The notes under the pieces were generated by a model. It searched no databases, had not been told where the DNA came from, and was given only the letters and a program-made list of their open reading frames with translations. A stretch of DNA of 56,266 bases, the filler included, from Catajapyx aquilonaris (Eukaryota): the NCBI GenBank assembly GCA_000934665.2. It is 2 parts of 2 records of this genome, joined end to end, with 100 filler letters (N's around TTAATTAATTAA, not from the genome) between each part and the next. Parts side by side here need not be neighbours in the genome. Positions count along the whole stretch, not along the records: positions 1 to 28,228 come from JYFJ02004979.1; 1 more part is not named here. One strand, written 5' to 3'. Both the position numbers and the translations under genes were made by a program. The stretch's first letter is position 1. Each line of letters begins with the position of its first letter. Positions 12,709-25,005 of this stretch are shown here, one piece after another.

Positions 12709-13345
12709 GTTCGCTACGGTCAGCTGGATGGAAGCCACTATCGACTCTTCACACAACTATCGACACTTTTATCGTTCAATCGTTCATAAGTTCATGGCAG
12801 TGCAGTACTGGAAATAAGCCCTGCTGTTGTTCAGTCTGGTCTTCGCACCGTTCGCACCACGTACGGTTCGCACTCTATGACCATGTCTACTCAACGCGAC
12901 CCAGCGTGGCAGCGTCTACCCCGGTCTACCCTCTACCCGCCTCTACCTTTGCTAAGTTTGGTTGAGCTCATATAAATCAGCGGTTTCCTATCTATGTATG
13001 GGTCATCCGGATGTCTGTTGTACCGTACAGGGTGCTTCAACACCCAATTCCAAGAAGTGGATGTGTGAAAAGATATTGATTACTCCATCAGCTACAGAGA
13101 TGCAGCAAACAATGCAAGAGACCCAACAGGGTGCCGCATATTGCGGGCCTAAAATGACCTTTCAACAAAATGTAATAAATTGTTGGTGAATGAGCTATAC
13201 TTTGAGATAGTAGTCCTACTACGCGGCTGGTCATGTCCATTTTACAATTGTCTTGAGAAGTTCACGTGAAATCATTGGTATTTAACTTATATATCTTCAT
13301 TGATAAGGGTGAGGAAAGAAATTTGCAACATACTCGAATGCACTT

Positions 13346-13399
13346 ATCGATGATGCAGCCTAGATGTATCATATTATACATCTAGGCTGCATCATCGAT
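13346..13399. repeat. Perfect 24-bp hairpin
   Basis: ATCGATGATGCAGCCTAGATGTAT, 6-nt loop, ATACATCTAGGCTGCATCATCGAT. Confidence 0.95.
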
Positions 13400-14114
13400 G
13401 GTAAATCCAGAACCCATTGTTGATCCATATTATTCACATAGGACTAATCACTTCCTCTGGATTTATTAGCTACTAATCATGTAATCAGCCCATAATACGT
13501 ACCATCACTAACTAGGGGATACTTTACACAGTTTTGAAGGTTTTCGCCTTCCCATTAACAGCATGTGCAAAGTAAATGTGAAATTTCAAAACCATTGCAT
13601 GCAGGCAAGCCTATTGTACTCATATATTGACATGATGCAGGATTTAGCACGTAGAAGATTTTACTAATAAATATAAATAATAAAAATCTGCGATGTAAAG
13701 TTACCCAGGGCCCAGGGCAACTTTACACAAGCGTGCCATTCAACCTAAAATATTTTACAGCTTCTACGAGGGTAACAGTTCACAACATGCCCCCGTAAGA
13801 AAGCAGGAGGAATGAGACTGCAAATGAGGAGTTACACTAATTTTAAGAATATTCATTTCCTGAACTTAAACCACTTAATGGTGAGGTGGCCAGGTCGCAA
13901 CAGAGATAGATTGCAAAATGTGATTGGCACTATTATAATTACAAATAAATACTGGTACAGGTATAAAAACATACAGGTAACACAGACACACAGTGAAGCC
14001 CTATAAGTATACAATTCCTCAAATAGCAGCAGTATAATGTGGAAAACCTAACACACACTTAACAGGTCTTCTTTAAAGGTCATGTCACACCTGTTGGATC
14101 AGCAAGAATCTTAA

Positions 14115-14660
14115 CCCTTAACTATGTAGGTGGAGCCTGAGAGGCTCCAACCACTATTTAAATGCATGTAACTTTTTAACAAAATGTTTTTCCCCCTGTC
14201 CTTCCATGACTTTGTCACAAAAACCTTCCTAAGCATGAAAAGAATAAGAAAAAAAAAATTTGGCGCCAATCTTTGGCTGAAAAAAATTCGAACCGAGGAA
14301 CAAGTCCCACCTTGGATCAGCTCAGGCTCCACCTACGTAGTAAAGGGTGCTGTCGTTTTCCCTATCTCCGTGGAGAGCATCTGAATAGGGAAAACGACGG
14401 CACCCTTTATTACGTAGGTGGAGCCTGAGCGGCTCCAGGTGGGACCTGTTCCTCATTACGAATTTTTTCTGTCGGAATATGCTGACTCAGCGTGTGATTT
14501 TTACGTTTTCGGAAGCCTAAGTATCTGAACTGCACTTTCTGTATATGAAAAGTCCAATATAACAATTGAGCTGATAAGCAGAGATTTAAATATACCGTTG
14601 GAGCCGCTCAGGCTCCACCTACGTAGTTAAAGGTGTTTCAGCTACCTACGTAGTTAAGGG
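14115..14660. mobile_element. piggyBac-like non-autonomous element
   Basis: TTAA-CCCTTAACTATGTAGGT...ACCTACGTAGTTAAGGG-TTAA, with an internal palindrome at ~14294-14454 that reuses the terminal motif. Confidence 0.85.
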
Positions 14661-14881
14661 TTAACAATATGAGCTCTTGTCTATTTCTGAAATGTCCTAC
14701 ATGTCTGGCCACACAAGAGAATAGTTTTTTGATCTCAACCTTGTTTGAACATCAGTGGGAGAGCTCACACCACTAGCACTAAGGATATACTAAGACCAGT
14801 GAAATGCTTCAGACTTTTCACCAGAAAACTCCACCACAACCCATCTTTCCTGAACCAAATCACTCCATGATCATCAGTGTC

Positions 14882-15235
14882 GGGGAAGGTGCGGTGGCCG
14901 AGATGGTAACGTCTCGGCTTGCTGAGCGGAAGGTCCTGGGTTCGATCCCCGCCTGGGCTTTCCCTTCCGCCTGCGTCAGTGGGTCTCTGCCCGCGCCTAA
15001 GAAGGCGTCTTGGCAACCTAGCCTTTGGGGGACTGCACATGATCCATTTCCGACATTGCACTTGCACCTGTGTCCCCTCCCCAAAAATCCCTACCCTTAC
15101 CCCATGTCCTTTCATCCTTGCACCGTAGTTAGAAGAAAAATCAGAAAATTGAAGGAAAAATGGTGGTATTCCATCCCCCTATAAGGGCCTAAGGCCCTAT
15201 CATGAGGTAACGTAAATAAAATAAATAAATAAATA
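14882..15235 (+). mobile_element. tRNA-derived SINE (third head type)
   Basis: A box TGGCCGAGATGG and B box GGTTCGATCC; (AAAT)n tail; 15-bp TSD ATGATCATCAGTGTC at 14867-14881 and 15236-15250. Confidence 0.9.
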
Positions 15236-15479
15236 ATGATCATCAGTGTCAGTCATCATTACCATTACACATAATTTTCACCCAAAAGTGGCACCAAAAG
15301 AGTTGGGAGTGATTTGTGTAAAGTTGCCCCTGATTAGTAAAACGACCCTTGTCAGCTTCATGCTCAATTTTAACATATATACTTTGAAAAATCATGTCAT
15401 ACCCATATAATGTAGATAACAACCCTTCAAGGGAAGACACATTTGAACCTTGAAGCCTTTGCATCCAATCAGGCTATGA

Positions 15480-15682
15480 CAGGGGCGGATCTATGGGGGG
15501 CTTAAGCTTAAGCAAAAAACAGAACATAATTGAACTTTACTTGCTTTTATCCTATATGCTTACAGAGTTTTAAAAAATTTTCGCCTGCGGCGGGCTTATT
15601 TGGGTTGGGGGGTGGGCGGGGGGGGAGCGCGGCGACAAATCACACCCCCCCCCCCCAACAACAACGTCTAGATCCGCCACTG
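15480..15682. mobile_element. hAT MITE
   Basis: CAGGGGCGGATCTA...TAGATCCGCCACTG; 8-bp TSD GGCTATGA/GGCTATCA with one mismatch. Confidence 0.82.
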
Positions 15683-17490
15683 GGCTATCACGAGGCACTA
15701 AGAAGTTTGCAGGTGTTACATATAGAGCCACAAAATGCTGTCTGATGTAATATCACCAACAGACAGAAGCAGGGTCACACAATGACCTCTAGATTTGGTC
15801 ACTAGCTCCTCACATGTACAGGTCACACAACAGTAGCAACTTGCTTCTCATGAAATCGTGGCATCACCCACCCTGCAACCAAACTTTTTCCCCCGATTTG
15901 TGACAAGTTGCTCCAGCTGTGTGAAGTATCCACGTCTGACAGTACTGTTGTATAGAGCTGTTGCATGATCTCACGCCTTTTCACCTCACTGCTCACACTC
16001 ATGTGAGAACAAAACCTTTAACCCCTTCGCTACCAGATAGGCCCGAACCACGTAGATTTTGGCATACTCGAAGATATGGACAAGATATTTTACAAACAAT
16101 AACAGCTATACTTACCACGTTCAGGGAAAACACTATGAATGTGTCTGGAACAATTTTACTTGTCTAGAGGTCCCTAAATTAATTTACAAAATATAACTGG
16201 AAATCCGAGTACTGCCAACCAACTGTTAGGCTGATTTAATTATGAAATGCATGAAAATATGTGGAATAACAACCTTGAGAACCATGCCAGACGAATTTGC
16301 TGAACTCGCTGAACTCGTCGTACTTTGAAAACAATAAATTAATACTTTTTTGCGGCTTTCTGGCACTTCCGAAAATAGCAAATAAATTTGGGAGTTTATA
16401 TCAACACCACATGCTTCCAGATGAAATGTAAGCTTTATTATTCTAACAACAGAGGGCAACATGTCTCAGACTCTGGCCTGCCAAAATTGTGAAATTGTGT
16501 ACGCCTACTTTCAAACCCAGTTTTTTTTTTTTTTTAAACAACAGATACCAGCATGTCTGTGACTTTGGCTTTCCCGCGTGCCAGGCATATGGTTGCCGCC
16601 GTGCCAGGCATATGGTTGCCGCCGTGGTAGGCAGGAGATTCCCGCCCCTACTTTCAAAGCAGTGCAGGTGCACTGGTTGGGTCTGGTTGGTTATGACAAA
16701 ATGTTTCAATCTGATATTGATTGAATTTGTAAATTAAGGGTATATAGACTATCACAGAGAAATTTGGCTGAGTTTTGATGATTTTTAACTTGAGACATAT
16801 GGGTTTCAATATTGCTTTCCATCCATGCATGACACAAGATAATTCACAATGGCCGCCATGGTCACATGACCACTAAATTTGCGTAAGTTAATTTTAATTT
16901 TATGTTGAAAAACCCGAAGTCTAAGCTAAAACATTGATGTATAACTTTCCTATATAATCTTTCATTGTAACATTGTTTTTGGGGTCACAAGGACTTGACT
17001 AAAAAGCTTTAAAAACACTCACGAAAAGGCTTGCTGGCTTTCTCGGTAGTACCTGCCATTTATTTGCCGGCTCTGAGGGTGAAGTAACACAAGACAGTTA
17101 TCTTGATGTCACACTTGTATTGCATCTCTCATGCCTTTATGAATATGTACAGTACAGAGATAGTATCATTTAAGTCACAGTAACAATAACAACACATTGA
17201 GAGAGTGACGCAATCAACTATTCACTGCCCTCAGTAATTTATTATTGTAAACAAGTGAAGGTAGTGTAGGCTGGTATCCTCTATTCTGCATATATGTACA
17301 GGTGAGGTACTGGTATGTCAACCTTGACTTATAGTGCATGAATAAAAGTTATGATCGAGGTGGATTTGGTATAAATGGGATGATAACAAAATGTGTAGCC
17401 CAGCTAAGGCAAAATAGCGCATTTACCAGTAATGTGGGTGAAGCACATTTGTAAGTTCTGTCAAGACTTAATATTAAGTCTTCACAGAAC

Positions 17491-18009
17491 TTACAAATAT
17501 GTAATAAATTTGTCCATCATATGAACCCCGTGATCATCGCCATTTACCTTAACTTGCCATCGCTCCTTTTGTGCCTTGTGTAACAGCTTGGTGCAAATAA
17601 CATGACTTATGTTCCACCTCTCAATGTTTCCAACAATGGTCAAGTTAGGACAGTTCAGAAAGAGCAAATCCAAAGTTTGAATACTTAATGCATGAGCATC
17701 ACCAACAACAAACTTTTCCAGATCTTTCAAGGCATCTGAACCAAGGATGCTTTTCATCTCAACATCTCTCAGAGTTGTAGTATGCTCCCAGTACAGTTCT
17801 CTAAGTCCTGGAGTTGATTCAAGCAAAGTAGACAGGATCCCTTCATCAACTGTATCACGCCCAACCAACAGCCGTAAGCATGGGAAAAATAGTGGCTTGG
17901 TAGAAATTCTTTTTCGCACTTGGTGCAACAGGAGGGATTCCAGTTGTGGGCAGGTTACGGCAAGTTGAGATAAGTCCAGGACACCTTCCATGGCCGAAAC
18001 TTGTAGGAG
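17491..18009 (-). CDS. LRR protein (RNI-like/F-box-LRR-type repeats), last exon
   Basis: Long ORF with repeats CPQLESLLL, TPGLRELYW, LKDLEKF and CPNLTIVG. A phase-0 acceptor (ctttttgtttaacttgaag) joins cleanly to ...AIGCHLK; the exact acceptor is inferred. Confidence 0.75.
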   Translation of the reverse strand, partial: LLQVSAMEGVLDLSQLAVTCPQLESLLLHQVRKRISTKPLFFPCLRLLVGRDTVDEGILSTLLESTPGLRELYWEHTTTLRDVEMKSILGSDALKDLEKFVVGDAHALSIQTLDLLFLNCPNLTIVGNIERWNISHVICTKLLHKAQKERWQVKVNGDDHGVHMMDKFITYL

Positions 18010-18233
18010 CTTCAAGTTAAACAAAAAGACTCCATGAATGAAAATACTGCTGATTTTAGATCTGTCTGAAAAAATGTACCGCATCTACATCTAACAGTAA
18101 GTGCCACATGTGCATGCAAAAAGAAGTGGTTTTGTGAAGAAATTGAAGACGTCACTTGCCAAAGGGCCCAACTCCACGAGGTGAAATTTTTCAGGAGAGA
18201 CTAAAAACTGCATATATGCGTAATTGCTCTATT

Positions 18234-18675
18234 CGCCGAAGCAGTTCGGTGGAGTGGCTAAGGTGTTCGACTGCTACCCAGGAGGTCCTGGGTTCGAGTC
18301 CCGGGGCCGGCAATCCTAACCGTGGTTTTCTGTGGTTTCCCACGGTCCCCCCATGAGAATTCCGGGATTGCTCCCTAAATAATAGGCCACAGCCGCTTCC
18401 TTCCTTTCCTATCCTTGTCCCATCCATGAGGAGGTGTAGTGTCGGCGGGGGATGTCTGATCCGCATCTAGGGGTCATCTTGGCGACCGGGCCCCCTGAGG
18501 GACTGTACACGACCCCCAACTTGAGACATTACACTTGCACTAGTGTGTCCCCCCCCCCCCCCCTCATTAGCCCTATCGGCCCTATCGTGTCCCCTGCACC
18601 AAATGGTGGTATTCCACCCCCCTAAGAGGGCCTAGGGCCCTAGCACGGGGTACACACACAAAAAAAATATTATAA
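18234..18675 (+). mobile_element. tRNA-derived SINE (Inv-domain-like family)
   Basis: A and B boxes; same core as 7624-7934; TSD TAATTGCTCTATT / TAATTGCTCCATT at 18221 and 18676. Confidence 0.88.
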
Positions 18676-19459
18676 TAATTGCTCCATTTAGAGTTTCCCA
18701 GTTTATGATGCTCATAGGGCACCATTATACACACCTAGTGGCATACACATCGTCTATTGGAAAGCAATAGGTCAGAGTCTATTGAAGGTCAAAATCAGTA
18801 AAGTTGGGCTCTTTGGCAGATGACTGCCCGCACCATTTCCTGTTGCAATTTCAGTGGTATATAGTCATACCTGTCCATCTGAACACATCATATTTGTAAA
18901 GTAGTACTACAAAGGAAGGTGTGACCAGTTTTATTTCCATCCTATGTTAATTATTATTAACATTAATCACAATGCGTCCAGTCACTTGCCAAAGGGCCCA
19001 ACTCCAGTAGTAAGGCAATGGACTGCAATCATCATATTCAATTTTAAGGCACTTCTGATTGACTTTGACCCTTAATCTTAACCAGGGCTGTGAGGCCTGA
19101 CTCCAAGAGTAGGAATCTGTAATAAAAAGGTTTTTCGAGATTTTGGTTTTGGCAAGTGACGTCTTCAATTCTGGAAGCTTTTCTACAACAACATACTTAT
19201 AGTAGTTCACTGTGTGAACCCTTAATCACACCGCATGTATCAATGTGATAGTCAAATATTATTGCCAAACACACATTTACACATCTTCATCGAACCCCAG
19301 AAAGAGCTGTTGTGATATGTTTGTTTCAGATATATCAAAATTATTATGAAGGGGAGTGATGAAAACCTTGCATTTGACATAGAGCCCTATCCCCATTTTA
19401 AAAAGTCACAGGGTGTTGATCACGACTTGGTGGTGCCAACATGTGAGCAACATGTCTCC

Positions 19460-20332
19460 TGTTGCGGGGCTATTCAAATGCTGAGGATTAGTTTGGTTTG
19501 GTTGGGAAGAAGCCAAAGCAACTATGGCTATCTGGCTATGAGAAGATACAAAGGTGGGACAGGTGGAGACCGAAAAAAGAGAAAAAAATTATTGGGTTGT
19601 GTCCAGGACACAAGCTGCAGGTTTTTGGTGTGAATGCATCTTTAAAATCGGAACAGTACTGGGGGAATTCACTAAAAGTCGACCATTACAAAAATGGGTG
19701 ATAATGTTTCGGCTTATAATTTTTGTTTCACTTGCTTCAGATCGTTTCGAAACCACAGTCTGGCGCATATGTCGACCAGGTTGTGGCTGGTCTGTCAAGT
19801 GGCAGTGGTCAATTAAAGCACGTGTTTGTATAAACTTTCGAGTGTTTATTTTAACAACGTTAGTTATGGTAGAAGAGGTAGGTGTAGAAAGGTTCCAGGG
19901 TGGGGATACTCACCATCAGGGTAAGGCACAAGGCCCCACCCTGACGAAGATACGTGACAGAGTGTTGCTTGGCTGATGTGGAGCTCAGTCTCACTCACGA
20001 ACTGATTTTCCTCCTTCTCTACCGACTTGTTGGTTATATACTGGCTCTGGATGGCACAACCTGGGGCTGGCATCTAGAAACACAGCGAATAATTTGGAGT
20101 GTAAGGAAAAGTCAATAATTTGATGAGACAGTCTCTGAGAGCCCATCCCGCTGACAACACTAAAAGAATGGCCGGATTGGAATGGTCGTGTGTCAGCCCT
20201 CTACAGCTGGAGGGATCAGAGACCATCCGTAGAATTCGCTGACCGGGCGAATTCTTAAGAAGGTTGTTAGTGTTGGTAAATATATTATTGGGATAATAAA
20301 AAGGATTGGGGGAATAGGGTCTGGGGGTGACA
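19460..20332 (+). mobile_element. Possible solo LTR
   Basis: TGTTGCGGGG...GGGGTGACA ends, AATAAA near 20295, and it abruptly cuts a Helitron-like coding remnant. No matching TSD was found, so the left end is uncertain. Confidence 0.4.
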
Positions 20333-20634
20333 CATACTCCACATTCATAACCGAAGGCTTTTTCGAAGTGCTCAATTGCAAACTTCCTATTCGTCTGTAT
20401 TTGTTCACTTCTCATAGGGCCATTATCATTACTCATACTATCGCCTAATGAAATATCAAGTTGTCCTCGTTGACTTCCATTAGTATGGGTCGTATCGTTG
20501 TACAAGTACTCGGTGACTCATCCATGCACAACTTTCTTTTATTGTCTGTACTCTCTCTATCATTCTGCATTTGACTTCTTGGGCTCCTTTTGTTCCTTGC
20601 GAGCTGTTCTTTCGTCTCGTATGCGTTTCTTGTA
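20333..20634 (-). pseudogene. Possible Helitron Rep/helicase N-terminal remnant
   Basis: ...AIEHFEKAFGYECGVC resembles the FGxxCxVCDRLW motif I recall from arthropod Helitron-like proteins; truncated at 20332. Confidence 0.35.
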
Positions 20635-20811
20635 CAGTTGAATACAGATATGACAAGACTTCATGGGACCACGGAAATAAGTCTGTTATAACCAAGGTCT
20701 GTTATAGCAGAATACACAAGCCATATATGGAAGTGTGACGGGACCAGCCTATCGAGTCCGTTATAACCGAAAGTATGTTATAGCCGAGGCTGTTATCTCC
20801 GGATTCAACTG
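20635..20811. mobile_element. Tc1/mariner-pogo (Tigger-like) MITE
   Basis: ta-CAGTTGAAT...ATTCAACTG-ta with internal GTTATAACC/GTTATAGC repeats; same family as 41456-41881. Confidence 0.8.
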
Positions 20812-21642
20812 TATTTCTGTTGAGCTTTCGAATGCAATTTCGACTACATTATGAAATTTTTCACTTTTCACCATCTTGAAACTGACTTTTCACAAAGTCC
20901 TCGTCGTTCATGATAATTGTTGGCCAATATGAATTGTAGCGTAGTTTGTTAGCCTTCGAATGACACCAATTTCGCAGTCCTCACCCAACACAATCCGAAG
21001 TGACACTGGACCAAAGCCCGCTACACACTGTAGAATCGGGTCATTTTGCTGACCTCCCCACATGCACCATGACCTGGACTGCTTGGTCTGAAGGTCACCT
21101 CAGGTACGGACATCCTTGGTCTAGGCAACACTACATTTATCATTTGGATGTTGCTTTTAGTTTGAAGTTATAAGACGAAACATTATCACCATTTTTGTTA
21201 TGCATAACAAGTAGAACTTTTTGTAACGCTCGACTTTTCGTGCATGCCCCCCAAGTACTGATCTAATTTTAAAGACGTATTCACGTTAAAAGAATAGAGG
21301 AAAGACTGATATCTCTCTTAGTCTGTCTCCAGTCCCAAAGACCTGGAGAAGCACACACCATGACAAGGTGGCGATAACATTGGGGGCGGGGGGGGNGGGG
21401 GGGGAACAACAACGCTGTGGAAGAACTGTATTGATGTCATTTCTACCTTCCCAGCACCAATAGAGTAAATAAAGTTGTCACTGTCGGCAACAACCAATAA
21501 TTAATTAGCATATCGAGATAAGAAACTCCCAGTAGGTAGAGCATAGGACTACAGGAAATATTACTAAAGAGTTAGCTTATAACTGAAATAATTTCCTGGA
21601 ATGCTGTATGAAAAGGATCGAGTTATGCGATTAAGTACATCT

Positions 21643-21659
21643 TGAGAGAGAGAGAGACA

Positions 21660-21714
<55 letters not shown>
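21643..21714. repeat. (GA)n microsatellite
   Basis: Visible dinucleotide run with two GACA interruptions. Confidence 0.95.
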
Positions 21715-21715
<1 letters not shown>

Positions 21716-21839
21716 AGCACAATGTGTGGGCAAGAGAGAGAGATGACATAATTATCATGTGAGTTATCATGCAAAGAAAGCTCAAATGTTGTTCTCCAAA
21801 CTTTCACCTGTGCATGTTTACTGAATACAATCAACTTAC

Positions 21840-22076
21840 TTTGAGGTGACACCCAATTGCCCTCAAGATGAAGGACAGACTTATCCATGTGGTTCCCATT
21901 AGCACCAAATTAGTTATGTTGTTCATAAGGCGTAGTTTTACATATGCAGAGCTGTGGGTGCTCACCAATGTGAGGTGACTTAGATTGGGGCACAACTTTG
22001 ACAACTTCTCCAACTGTCTCCCACTGGCCGCTACACTGCTCACTCGGTGCAAAGTCAGCTCCTGAGTTTTCCCCAT
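21840..22076 (-). CDS. LRR protein, internal exon
   Basis: Acceptor tttttcag and donor AAA|GTAAGT; 237 nt, phase 0/0; encodes LSKLCPNLSHLTL...NNITNLVL...LRAIGCHLK. Confidence 0.82.
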
Positions 22077-22470
22077 CTGAAAAATTTAACTTGGCAATGT
22101 ACCAGTGTAAAGCAAAGTTGATTGGATAACAGGCTGTACACATAAGCCCCCTACTGATGCAACAATGAGATGGCTATTTTTATGTTGGTGTACAAATGTA
22201 TATATGATACTCAAATAGTGCCATGCATACAAACTACTGTAACAGTGCATTGGTTACATGCATTCAATGATATTCTGCCTGTTTCATCACATGAAAAGGC
22301 CTTACATTGATAGTCGATAGCTTGCATCATGCCACCTGCTGCATGGGCCATGCAATAATTTTAGGCTTTGCTGATGCCAGTATACTGACAAAGGCAGTGT
22401 GTGCAGTGAATAGCCCTTTTAAAAACTTTCTACCAATACTCAATACAGATGCTACATTGAAAACTCTTAC

Positions 22471-23289
22471 TTGATGATCAGAAGTGATTTTTCTTGGCCT
22501 AAACCCACTGTGGAATGAGCTGGTTACATTACATCCTCCAGAAAATGTGACCAATGCACCAAGGTTTTGCAGCAATACTGCAACAGTGGATGACCCCAAC
22601 ATATGAGGCAGGATCAACGTTTTCAGTTTCCAGCAGCAAGGGTTTGGAACCTTCTGATCTGAGTCCCAGTCAAAAAAGCAGAGCTTTTGTGCATGACTGA
22701 CTTTGATCACCATTTGGTGATCCTCAAAAATATCTCTTGGGAAACTACGTGGTGGTGCTTTGAACACTTCCAAATTGGGACAACTGGTGCCAACTTCAGA
22801 CAGCATTTGTGCCAGGTCCCCAACTACAAGATCTGGGAAACCATCTCTTCTAAGTTCAATTGTAATAGAACGTAGGTTTGGAAAGTATTGCAACCCAATA
22901 TGGAAAGAATTGAGGCTCCGCAGTGTGACGGCTTGGGATACTCCTTTGCTTCCATAAAGTACGTCTTCCATTCTCCATTCTGCATAATCATAATTCAAGT
23001 CAAATGTCAGATGCAGAAGTCCCTCATGGTACAAGCCAAAGTAGTGATCAGTTATTACATTAGATTTAAGATCTGACAATTGTTGCAACACAGGAAGTGG
23101 AATGTAAGCTCTTACAGCCCTTTTGAATAGCAGACCACATTTCCGTGCATTCCAATGGAAAGTTTCACCATATGGTGGACATGCAATTGTTCTCCAGGTA
23201 TCCACTACTTGATTCATAGCATCGAGAGCAATTTGTTGCAGAGAATCAACTGGCTTGCGTTTGTATTCATTATGGTGCATCTGATCCAT
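22471..23289 (-). CDS. LRR protein, first coding exon with BC-box-like N-terminus
   Basis: First in-frame ATG at 23289 (MDQMHHNEYKRKPVDSLQQIAL); repeats FPNLRSITI, CPNLEVFK and CWKLKTLIL; donor CAA|GTAAGA. Spliced product is about 524 aa. Confidence 0.8.
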
Positions 23290-23701
23290 TATTACCAAGA
23301 AGGCTTGCACACCAATTTGAACAGGCACTGCAATGGTTTCATATGACAACAACTACTAATGTGCACGTCGTTTCAGATGATTTCTTCCTTTCCCTAGTTA
23401 CATCCATACAACCCCTCCAAGGTTGTGCAGATGGCGTGTTGTGTATCTTCTTGTCAACTGTAAGAAATAATGAAATTGAATGAAAAATGGCAGTTCTTGC
23501 ACATGCAGATGTTGACTCCTACCAAATACTCGTATATCTGGCAGAGTCAATTCCTTCAATGAATTTGAGGGTGATTCACTCAATGAGCAACCCTATTTTC
23601 GTGAAATAACTGTGGAGATTTTTAATATAGAAAATATACAGTATATAGAGTGGATATGATGCCTTACTCTATGAGGAGAAATATACATCAGATAATTATA
23701 T

Positions 23702-24446
23702 CCGTGGTTTCCAACCTGAGGGTCGCAGGCAGGGTCACAGGGAGTCGCAAGCCAAGATTATTATTATTTTTTTTTGCAATTATGCACAATAACGAATAAT
23801 TTAAAAATAAAAATGAGTGAATACTGTGTACGAGTTTCATGTTTGAGCCATAGTTCGGCGAGAGAATTCTTGCAACGTTTGCCCCACGCTCACCTCTACC
23901 TGCGAAAGCCCCGCTACCGAGCTCACTTCGAATTCAATCGAGCTGCACTTACATGTGAAGGAAATACGTTATCCAGGAGAAGCAGATACAATGATTAAAA
24001 ATTACTTTGTGTTAGCTGGCATATTTTGCGGATATGTTCAAGGAGCTGAATGTGCTCAACACTTCTCTGCAAGGAGTCAAATCAAGCAACATTTTTTCAT
24101 TGCATGAAAAAATATGTGAATTTTTATTAAAACTCGAACTCTGGCTGGCAGAAAAAAGTGGCGCAATCTTCGTTTGAAATGTTTCATCGTCTGCAAGAGT
24201 AAGTTATATCGAGAACAGTGGCGCAAAATTAAAGAGCGAATAATCTCCACACATTTGCAAATACTAAAAGAGGGAGAAATATTTTGGTGACATTGAAATT
24301 GCAGAGGTCGAGTAGATTCGAAATCTCTTCAGTGAGTTTTCAAGGGAAAGAACTCTCTACTTATGAACGAGAGCAGCTTATAGATTTTCGCTGCGATAGC
24401 ACATTGAAAGATAAATTTCAAGATGGAGAACTGACGAAGTTCTGGG
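23702..24446 (+). pseudogene. Decayed Buster/Charlie-type hAT element with transposase fragment
   Basis: Terminus-like CCGTGGTTTCCAACCTGAGGGTCGC; LAYFADMFKELNVLNTSLQG..NIFSLHEKICEFLLKLELW from ~24016; EQLIDFRCDSTLKDKF..LTKFW. These motifs are typical of ZBED5/GTF2IRD2/Buster transposases. Confidence 0.8.
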
Positions 24447-24498
24447 GCTGGATGTGCAGGGGGAATACCCAGGATTACGGGGGCACACCCAGGATTAA

Positions 24499-24660
24499 GG
24501 GGGCACAACAGTAAAATTATGGTAACACATTTCGTAGAGAACTTAATTATTTGTCGCGAAATGTTAATTAATTTCGAAAAACTCGCGCAAAGGTGTGGCC
24601 TTTAAAATGGTACCATACTCGATATGATTGCATTAAATTAACATGGCCTCGGAAATGTGT
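24499..24660 (+). mobile_element. Diverged partial copy of the TTAA-GGGGG MITE family
   Basis: TTAA-GGGGGCACAACAGTAAAA start and the shared core GGTACCATACTCGATATGATTGCATTAAA seen in 39326-39830. Confidence 0.65.
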
Positions 24661-24667
24661 CCAATTA

Positions 24668-25005
24668 GGGAAAGGTGTGGTGGCCGAGATGGTAACACCT
24701 CGGCTTGCTGAGCAAAAGGTACCGGGTTCGAACCCCGCCCGGGAGTTCCCTTTCACCTGCGTCAGGAGGGTCTCTGGCCCGCGCCTTGGAGGTGTCTGGC
24801 AACCAAACCTCCTGGGGGATTGCACATGACCCAGCTTATGACATTGCACTACGCCAGTGTCCCCTCCCCAAAAATCCCCATCCCTGCCCCATGTCCTTTC
24901 ATCCTTGCACAGAGTTGAAGAAAAATCAAGAAAATGAAAAGATGGTGGTGTTCCCCTCCCCTATAGTCGAGCGATGATCTCTGAATGGGGTAAGATACAA
25001 AAAAA
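24668..25005 (+). mobile_element. tRNA-derived SINE, same family as 14882-15235
   Basis: Collinear with the 14882 copy (A box, B box, body, ATGGGGTA end, A-rich tail). Confidence 0.85.

Noticed and set aside
14882..14960. tRNA-like sequences at SINE starts (also ~6200, 7880, 18250, 24680, 36760)
   Set aside because: They continue into SINE bodies with tails and, mostly, TSDs; they are not tRNA genes.
16018..17084. Possible piggyBac-like element starting TTAACCCCTTCG
   Set aside because: No convincing matching right end or TSD.
18142..19172. GTCACTTGCCAAA motif in direct and inverted copies (~18151, 18981, 19148)
   Set aside because: Short rearranged repeat fragments; no coherent element or exon.
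19941..19975. CTGACGA / CTGATGA motifs as hammerhead ribozyme cores (also 33026, 34792)
   Set aside because: No properly placed stem II and GAAA could be found.
21631..21808. Possible extra LRR exon after 21840
   Set aside because: It would need an intron of about 31 nt and runs into a microsatellite.
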